Source: a virus
Taxonomy: Duplodnaviria; Caudoviricetes
Length of the DNA: 64,000 nucleotides
Direction: 5' to 3' (one strand)
IMG/VR virus record: IMGVR_UViG_3300042465_005116
Span: 96,001 to 160,000 of that record
Each line of letters opens with the position of its first letter. Positions within the stretch are counted from its first letter, which is position 1. A program made the translations under genes and the position numbers. The notes beneath the pieces were generated by a model. That model did no database searches, was not told where the DNA came from, and saw only the letters and a list, made by a program, of their open reading frames with translations. Shown here in pieces: positions 57,266-64,000 of the stretch.

Positions 57266-59829
57266 TAGTTAAAGTTTATACTTGATTCGAATTTACTCCT
57301 TTCAGTTGGTTCATATGAATAGGGTGATTCCTTAATTTGTTTAATCATTTTATACAATACCGCACACTCCTCATACCATTCCACCTCCGTTGCCCATTCT
57401 AACATTTCAGTTATATCTGATATCTTTTCCTCCATTGATATTGAGGTATCGGACATCAACTCAGTTCTGAATCTCGTATCCATTAACATATGAATAGAAT
57501 GTTCGAATAACTTATCGCGTAGGGAATTAAGAGCTTCAAAGTTTTTATCTCCGGTTACCCATTCATTAGTTTCGTGTTCATCTGAATTAAACATATCATC
57601 CCAAGCCATAATCTATTGTGTTTTAAGTTTCTTTTTATATTTCTTTGTTGCCTTTATTAATTCCTTATTTAGCGGTTGGGTTTCTACCGAAACCATTACT
57701 ACTGCACTTGTATCTAATTTAGATAGTTGTTCTTCGAATTCATCGGCCATTCCTTCGTAATCATAAACCTTATCACCCTTATCATCAGTATAAAAGTTTA
57801 CAGGGACCGTAAAGAATACAGCACCGGTATCTTGTTTATGGGGGTTACCATCGAACCCACCATTATTGGATTCTATATCAAACCCCTCTTCGTGTGCATT
57901 ATGTTCGGCGAATGCAGCATCATATAATCCTAACTGCTCATCATCTTCCATCATTTCTGTCAGACGAGTTCTAACCGATTCCTTTACATCTCTATGAAAG
58001 ACAACCTCGGCAACATCATCTTCCTTCCAATCATTTAATGCTTTTTTTAAATCTTCGGTATCAGTTTCCCTATACTCATCTGCCGCATCGTATACCCAAT
58101 TTTTAAATGCTGTTTGGTGATATCCCAATCCTACAATGAGGGTTTGAAAGGCCTCCATCAATTCATCTAAATCGGTATCACTATGGTCTATCTCAACCGA
58201 TACCCTTGTACCATATTGTTGTGCCGTAATGATTGTGGGCTTTATAAAGTCCGTTATACTTTTGTTATTCATATTATTTGTTTTTAATTGTTTTCATCTA
58301 AATCCCAATCGGCCTCGTTGTTATCCCCAATGGTGTTACCCATCTTTACCATCATATAGGTAAATCCTATAACTCCACTAAACCATACTACCATTATTAT
58401 TATTTCCGTTTCCATCTTCTTATATTGTTGAACAATAATTTACTCTCCATAATCCATCAGTCCCCTTTACTAAATATCTACCACATCTTCGATTTGGGTC
58501 TTGTCGCTTCAAATTATGTAGGTGATGTATAAATGAACCTCCCCTTTCTTTGTCGCTAAAACCTCTTATTTTCAATTGATAGTAGTTCTGCATATCAGTA
58601 AATCGAACCCCATTCCCCAATACGCCACCCGCATTACATTCCACAAAGTCCAGTAGCTCTTGCCCCACCCATCCCCATTCGCCCTTCACTAGTTTCTCAC
58701 CACCAGTTATCCGATAGTAATCCGCCCGAACCCTATTAAGGAAGTCCGAATAAGTGTTCCAATACTTACCGGCAGTGATTATCATATCTAATTCACGCCA
58801 GATAACGAAACGGTCTTCAGTCGTGTATCGGGTATTCCCCATAACCCAATCACGAAGCCTTAATAGACCCGTAGTATATTCCGGTGTCAGTTCAGCATAT
58901 GATATGTAATAGGGTTCTATACTCGCTAACTCCTTTCTAGTACTCCGTGCTGGGGTATAGGTAGGTGTAGGGTATTGTAGTGTACTACTTAGTATACTAT
59001 GTAGTGTAGGAGTAGTAATGCTTGTGGGGTTCATATACGCAACGTCGTTTAAGGTTTAATTTTTTTTCTTTGTTCTTCGAACCACTTATGTAGTTGTTCG
59101 TTTCTCTTACGCGGGAATCTTTTATCATCATCGGGAAAGTACTTCTCCCATAGAACTAATGCCCACATAACTAATCCAAAGGATACTAAGGTGATACCTG
59201 TTAATAAGTCTGCACGTTCCATTATTTCTTTTTTGGTTTTGGTTTGGTTACATCCCTTAACATCTCCCAATCTTCTTTGGATATGGGTTTTGCCATAAAT
59301 ATAGATTGTCTTATAAATGGGGATTGTGCTATGTGCATGAAATCCGACCTCTTCCTTTCAAATACTTCAACAAACTCGTCATACGTCTTTGTTCCTGTTA
59401 TAATATCTATTGACATAGTGGTTATTATTTAAAGCTAAGATACGAATAAAAATCCGTATTTCCAAATTTATTTTAAGTTTTTAAGTAGTTCTCATCTATT
59501 AGATGCTTAAAGTAATCCTCTATGGACTTCATAAACTCATTAGGGGTTTTCATATTTTTAGGACTAAACCCAAATGTTGGGTATGTCATAGGTGGGAATA
59601 CTGCATTAGGGCCGGTGGTATCATCCATCAATTGTAAGGTATAGAATTCACCAACGAAATTATGTTCTAATACCCTATTTAATACCAACCTCATATAATG
59701 GTTATAGGTATCCGATTTAATGGCCATATGATAGGATTCCGGTATGGGGGTAGTAACCCTCGTGATATGATAATCAGTTCCTATTATATGGGTGTTATTA
59801 ATTTTTTCTATGTTTCGTATTGTTAACAT
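57265..59829 (-). CDS. run of hypothetical ORFs (57265-57609, 57613-58272, 58420-59034, 59049-59270, 59222-59416, 59473-59829)
   Basis: ORF track; co-directional; first has UvrB/C-like EWYEECA. Confidence 0.55.
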
Positions 59830-60067
59830 ATTGTTTTATTTTATATACAACCATTACACTCAGTATTAGGATATTGAATGCGTAGTTAAAAAGGAGTGGC
59901 ATATCTCTTAATGGTATAATGTATATAAACATAAACACTTCACCCAAATACCACATCATAAGGAACGGCCAACCTAAGTGGCACCTCCCATCTTTAATTG
60001 TTCTTATCATTTCAGGGAACGCACATACTCCTAAGAATATTGCCCCTAAGTAACCCAGTATTTCCAT
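59798..60067 (-). CDS. PQ-loop/SemiSWEET-like three-TM protein
   Basis: LGYLGA...AFPEMIRTIK; three TMs; FN motif. Confidence 0.65.
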   Translation of the reverse strand: MEILGYLGAIFLGVCAFPEMIRTIKDGRCHLGWPFLMMWYLGEVFMFIYIIPLRDMPLLFNYAFNILILSVMVVYKIKQYVNNTKHRKN

Positions 60068-60088
60068 ATTATCGTTTTTGTAGTTCTT

Positions 60089-60493
60089 CTATTTCCTCAT
60101 CCAGTGAGGTAGGCTGTTTATCATATTATATAGTTGTGCTGATATAGAGAATGATGATGATATTGGTGCCGATAGGTTTTCTAAATCTATCAATCTATCT
60201 ACCAATAATTCCCAATTTTGTCTGAACCCAGTTATTGTCCGAATCGCATCGGTTTGGACTTGTATTTGAGTATGTAGTTTATTTTTAGGATTGCCCAACC
60301 AAATGATATGCTCATGTGGGTTTGGATTGTTGATATGTAAGGATAATTCCCACTTTGGTTTTTGTGGTAAGTTTAGATTCAATACATCCGCAAGGTATTC
60401 CGTTTCATACGCATTGTGTATTGGGTTAACTATACAATAACCTCTATATGTAATACCACTCAATTTCTCCCACCCTTTTATTTTTACTCCCAT
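60089..60493 (-). CDS. hypothetical protein
   Basis: ORF track. Confidence 0.55.
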   Translation of the reverse strand: MGVKIKGWEKLSGITYRGYCIVNPIHNAYETEYLADVLNLNLPQKPKWELSLHINNPNPHEHIIWLGNPKNKLHTQIQVQTDAIRTITGFRQNWELLVDRLIDLENLSAPISSSFSISAQLYNMINSLPHWMRK

Positions 60494-61659
60494 TAGATTA
60501 AACTTTTAGGTTTAGTTATATTACCAATCTCATAAAGCCTATCTATGAAAAGGTCTTTACATATTTGTTTACGATACTCTGAATTAAAGTATAACTCCTG
60601 ATTATGTCTGCAGATGGATACCACCTCCGGTGAATCCCACACTCTTGCTAATTCTACGGCACTATCTATAATTTTAGTTATTTTATCTCCACCACTCATA
60701 TCATCATAATCCTCATTGATTATGGAATCGAATGTTTTGAACCCCATCTCCCTTAGGGCTTTGAGGTGTCCTTTAGATGCTGATATAACAAATGGTCTTC
60801 CTAAGTATATTGCCTTAAATGTTTTTTCCGTTAGGTGTATTGCATCTTCATCTAATATCGTTTCCGTTACGATATCTACTTTACTTCGGTAATACCATTC
60901 TGGGTTTATGGTGAATAGGAATTCATCGTGGTATGATAACTTACTACCATACATTACATCCCCTTCCAATTGGATACCATCAAACTCATCTATGTTTATA
61001 TTCAGTTCTGATATTAGTTTCTTACTTATCTTATTAGGGGGTACAAAGTTATCTACCCACGTGAAACGAGTATCTCCCAACAATCCCCTATTAAACAACT
61101 CTTCTATGATTCGGTATTTGTGATGATACATCCTTCGGTTTAAACATAAGAACTCCTTATCCGGTTGGATGGTAGTGTTAATACCAACCTCTCCAATATA
61201 CTCCTTCATATGATTATAGGTTGATAAGAAAAAATGTGGGAAAAAGAAAGTATTCAATGCGTAATTATCATATCGTATTTTATGTACCCCAATTCTAGAG
61301 GAATCATTCTTTACAACAATCAAGCGATTGATATCAATTCCCTTTAATTTTAACGCATTCAAAAAGGATACACTCAATTTATCTACCCTCTGATGTGTCT
61401 CTCTAGAGAAATCCCCCATAAAGTAAAAGTTCTGATGTTGTATCCTATCCAATAGGTTTAGGAACTCATCTGATATAGTATTGGTTGTATATGGAAGCTT
61501 GGGACTGGTTTCCCATACAAAGACTAAGAAGTTTAGTTTGCTCGGGTCTATGATATCAGTATTCACATTCTTAAAACGAATACCTATATCCATTCGTTCA
61601 AGCATCTCCCTAACACCAGAACCTTCCATTATATCGGTATACCAAAAATCCATTTCCAT
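60493..61659 (-). CDS. glycosyltransferase-like phage protein
   Basis: FLCLNRR..H, IVTET, LTEKTFK....PF, GFKTFD..I.E.YD; function tentative. Confidence 0.45.
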   Translation of the reverse strand: MEMDFWYTDIMEGSGVREMLERMDIGIRFKNVNTDIIDPSKLNFLVFVWETSPKLPYTTNTISDEFLNLLDRIQHQNFYFMGDFSRETHQRVDKLSVSFLNALKLKGIDINRLIVVKNDSSRIGVHKIRYDNYALNTFFFPHFFLSTYNHMKEYIGEVGINTTIQPDKEFLCLNRRMYHHKYRIIEELFNRGLLGDTRFTWVDNFVPPNKISKKLISELNINIDEFDGIQLEGDVMYGSKLSYHDEFLFTINPEWYYRSKVDIVTETILDEDAIHLTEKTFKAIYLGRPFVISASKGHLKALREMGFKTFDSIINEDYDDMSGGDKITKIIDSAVELARVWDSPEVVSICRHNQELYFNSEYRKQICKDLFIDRLYEIGNITKPKSLI

Positions 61660-61973
61660 TATACTGCTGATTTCTGAAATGATATCATCTTACTTAATAA
61701 TTTATCCCTATCCTTTAAATTCGGAATCGTAATGAGTTGATTCGTATTTGATTTCTTCTTTCTATCCTCAAACGAAATTAGGACACCCCTTCTATTGGTG
61801 TAATCCTTATATATCATTATCTCATTGTAATCAGTACTATGTGACCACGCTATATGGTATAGGTAGTATTCAGTATTCTCACCCCTATACGCAATTTGTA
61901 CACTACTACCATCAAGTAGTATATGTCTAGCTGTTAGCTTATTGGGGTCGTCTAACCGGATTTTCCTACTCAT
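61659..61973 (-). CDS. hypothetical protein
   Basis: ORF track. Confidence 0.55.
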   Translation of the reverse strand: MSRKIRLDDPNKLTARHILLDGSSVQIAYRGENTEYYLYHIAWSHSTDYNEIMIYKDYTNRRGVLISFEDRKKKSNTNQLITIPNLKDRDKLLSKMISFQKSAV

Positions 61974-62242
61974 TATTCAATCGTTACATTTAATCCCCTC
62001 AATACTAAGGCATCTTTGTATTTAACCAAATCCTCATATGAACCCCTCTTTACGGAACACTTGCCGGTATTGTGAATAATCATTGCACATTGTTCCGCTT
62101 GTGTCGCCTCATGTCCTAATAACTTAATAAGACACAGGATAACCCATTCAAAGGTATTATAATCATCGTTCCAAATAATGAGGTTAGATTCTAATCCCGT
62201 ACCAACTACTTCATCTAATTCTATTTCATCTAATTCAATCAT
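61973..62242 (-). CDS. clpS: Clp protease adaptor ClpS
   Basis: NDDYNTFEWVI..L...QAEQCAMIIH..GKC.VK.G. Confidence 0.88.
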   Translation of the reverse strand: MIELDEIELDEVVGTGLESNLIIWNDDYNTFEWVILCLIKLLGHEATQAEQCAMIIHNTGKCSVKRGSYEDLVKYKDALVLRGLNVTIE

Positions 62243-63940
62243 ATTACATTTGCTTTATCCCATTCCTTTTTAAGATACCATCGATGTTTAACTTGTGAAT
62301 CCTCATTAAACTCTTCTAAGATATAAGTAAGAAGCCCTTTGGTGGATGCATCATATACTCCCGACGTATAAGTCCAAGCTAATTGTTGGCGATGGTTACT
62401 CGCCTGAACCTTAGTTCGAATCATCCAATCCCATTCATCTTTTATCAACCAACCCAACCATTCCTTTTGTATTGGTTTTAATACTTCATGTTTCATACCA
62501 ATTCGTTTTGCGTAACACTAATGATACTAATGACTCACTTACCCATAGTAGTAAGGATAAGAACTAAGTAATTACTCAATCCCCATAAGACAAAGAGTAT
62601 ACCTAAGACAACCCCTATAAGGAAACCTATAATACTAATACTCCTCTCTACCCACTTACTCACCTACCAACTCCAACATATCCCTCCAAGCAAGAGAACA
62701 CTCATTACTCTCCGAACCACCCTCCTCAATCTCAGATACAGCAAGGTGATATAAATCCCTTAACTCATCTGCCTGTTTGGGATACATATCTATTAATCTC
62801 AGTACCTCCAATCTCAACTCTCTTAAACCTATCATATCGTATTCCTATTTATTGTTTCGTTTGTCGGTAATACATAATGGATATCTAATTCACTTAGGAC
62901 ACTTTGTATCATTGAATCACCTATTCCACTATTGGTTTTTGTATGTTCTAAGTAGTGGTCTACATACATTTGTGCCGTTACTACTTTACCATCCTTTGTG
63001 ACTTCTATCTTAATGATACCACTTTCATTTGTTATTTCGTTACTCATATTATTAATTATTTATACCAAAGATACGAAAAGTATTCCATATTTCCAAATCT
63101 AAAAAAGAAGTACCCACCCTTAACTTCCCATTTGAAGCCTATCATTGGAATAACACTCCCGAATCCCATTAAGGATATCCCTACCATCTTCCCCATAGAC
63201 CTCGAAATCTAAGACTCCCCCTAAATGTTTGACAATCGCTGAACCATTTAGGGTAATCAAATGGGGTGTATGACCATCTTCTCGAAACCCAATATGGACT
63301 TCGAACGCCTTGCCAAAGTTATGTAAGGAATCAAAATGCCAAATCATCTTTTCAATACCTGCCTTATGGCGTTCGGTTAATCGGTAGTTTCCGTTTGGAG
63401 TACGTGTTCCGGTTGGACCACTAGTAACTGTTACTATTGGTATTGTATTTCCACTACTCATTACCTTTTTAATAATTCCTAATGTATTTGCTGTATTCAT
63501 ACTCATATTGACTCATTTATTCTTTGATATACTATATCACCCCATAGGGGTAACCAGCCTATTTTTTCCTAGAGTGAAAAAGCTCGCCTCGATAAAAAAA
63601 CGTATCCGAGCCCCTTCGGGCCTCTTCGCCTTTTCTTGAGTTACAAGAAACCTCAAGGGGCGGGGTAAGCTACAGCTCCCCTCCCTCCTAGTGCAGTGTG
63701 ATACATATTGTTACATACTTAGCCTAAGAGGTCTACTTGTGGATTCTCCGCTACTTCCTCCGGAGTCATAGAACTTGAGAGACCTAACTCTTCCAGTTCG
63801 CGAATCGCTTCCCTCTTTCCTCCTCTTATCAGATTCTCTGCTCCTTGCACATCTACTGCGATGATTGCTTTCTCTAAGGTGATGTATCTCCTATCTATAA
63901 TAGATTTCATTTTTGCTGGTCCCTTCTCGATGTAGACCAT
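62239..63940 (-). CDS. run of hypothetical ORFs (62239-62496, 62832-63047, 63120-63506, 63719-63940)
   Basis: ORF track; host-type promoter at 63066-63097. Confidence 0.5.
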
Positions 63941-64000
63941 ATCGGGGTACTTCTCTGATGGTGTATAGAGTATCTTTACGTTCTTATACTTCCATATACC

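Noticed and set aside
104-63212. Most plus-strand ORFs in the track (e.g. 104-427, 1674-1916, 34643-35029, 53262-53723)
   Set aside because: Antisense shadows of well-supported minus-strand genes with no motifs; only 48768-50067 are accepted
1-64000. Stop-codon reassignment or suppressor tRNA
   Set aside because: Genes are intact and abut in the standard code; no CTA, TTA or TCA anticodon; TAG at 38462 is a Leu anticodon
1-64000. CRISPR array, integrase, transposase, rRNA
   Set aside because: No regularly spaced repeats or recognisable motifs; palindromes in the tRNA region are non-identical and irregular

Overview
64 kb of an AT-rich, densely coding large tailed-phage genome in the standard genetic code. 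Almost all genes are on the minus strand; the exception is one three-gene plus-strand operon at 48.8-50.1 kb. About 16 Bacteroidota-type sigma-A promoters (TTTGG...TAnnTT(T/A)G) point to a Bacteroidota host. Left to right the window holds: baseplate/virion genes, a carbamoyltransferase, a gp55-like late sigma factor, def, thyA, an SF2 helicase and uvsE. Next is a ~10 kb cluster of tailoring enzymes (radical SAM, 2OG-Fe(II) oxygenases, SGNH, sulfotransferase-like, glycosyltransferase-like) around an ATP-grasp/Hint/Cys-rich-peptide fusion. Then come Hsp20, phoH and an RNA-repair trio. The RNA region has 25 tRNA genes, two expanded tRNA-like RNAs, a ~900 nt GOLLD-like RNA and tmRNA. The right end is a run of small accessory genes. 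Best leads: (1) a 40-codon leader ORF containing all 20 amino acids in its first 30 codons, wired to a terminator/antiterminator directly upstream of a tRNA array covering all 20 amino acids; (2) the ATP-grasp-Hint-six-Cys peptide fusion, whose neighbouring enzymes share a C-terminal [LI][LI] tag. All calls come from reading motifs by eye; no database searches or folding programs were run.
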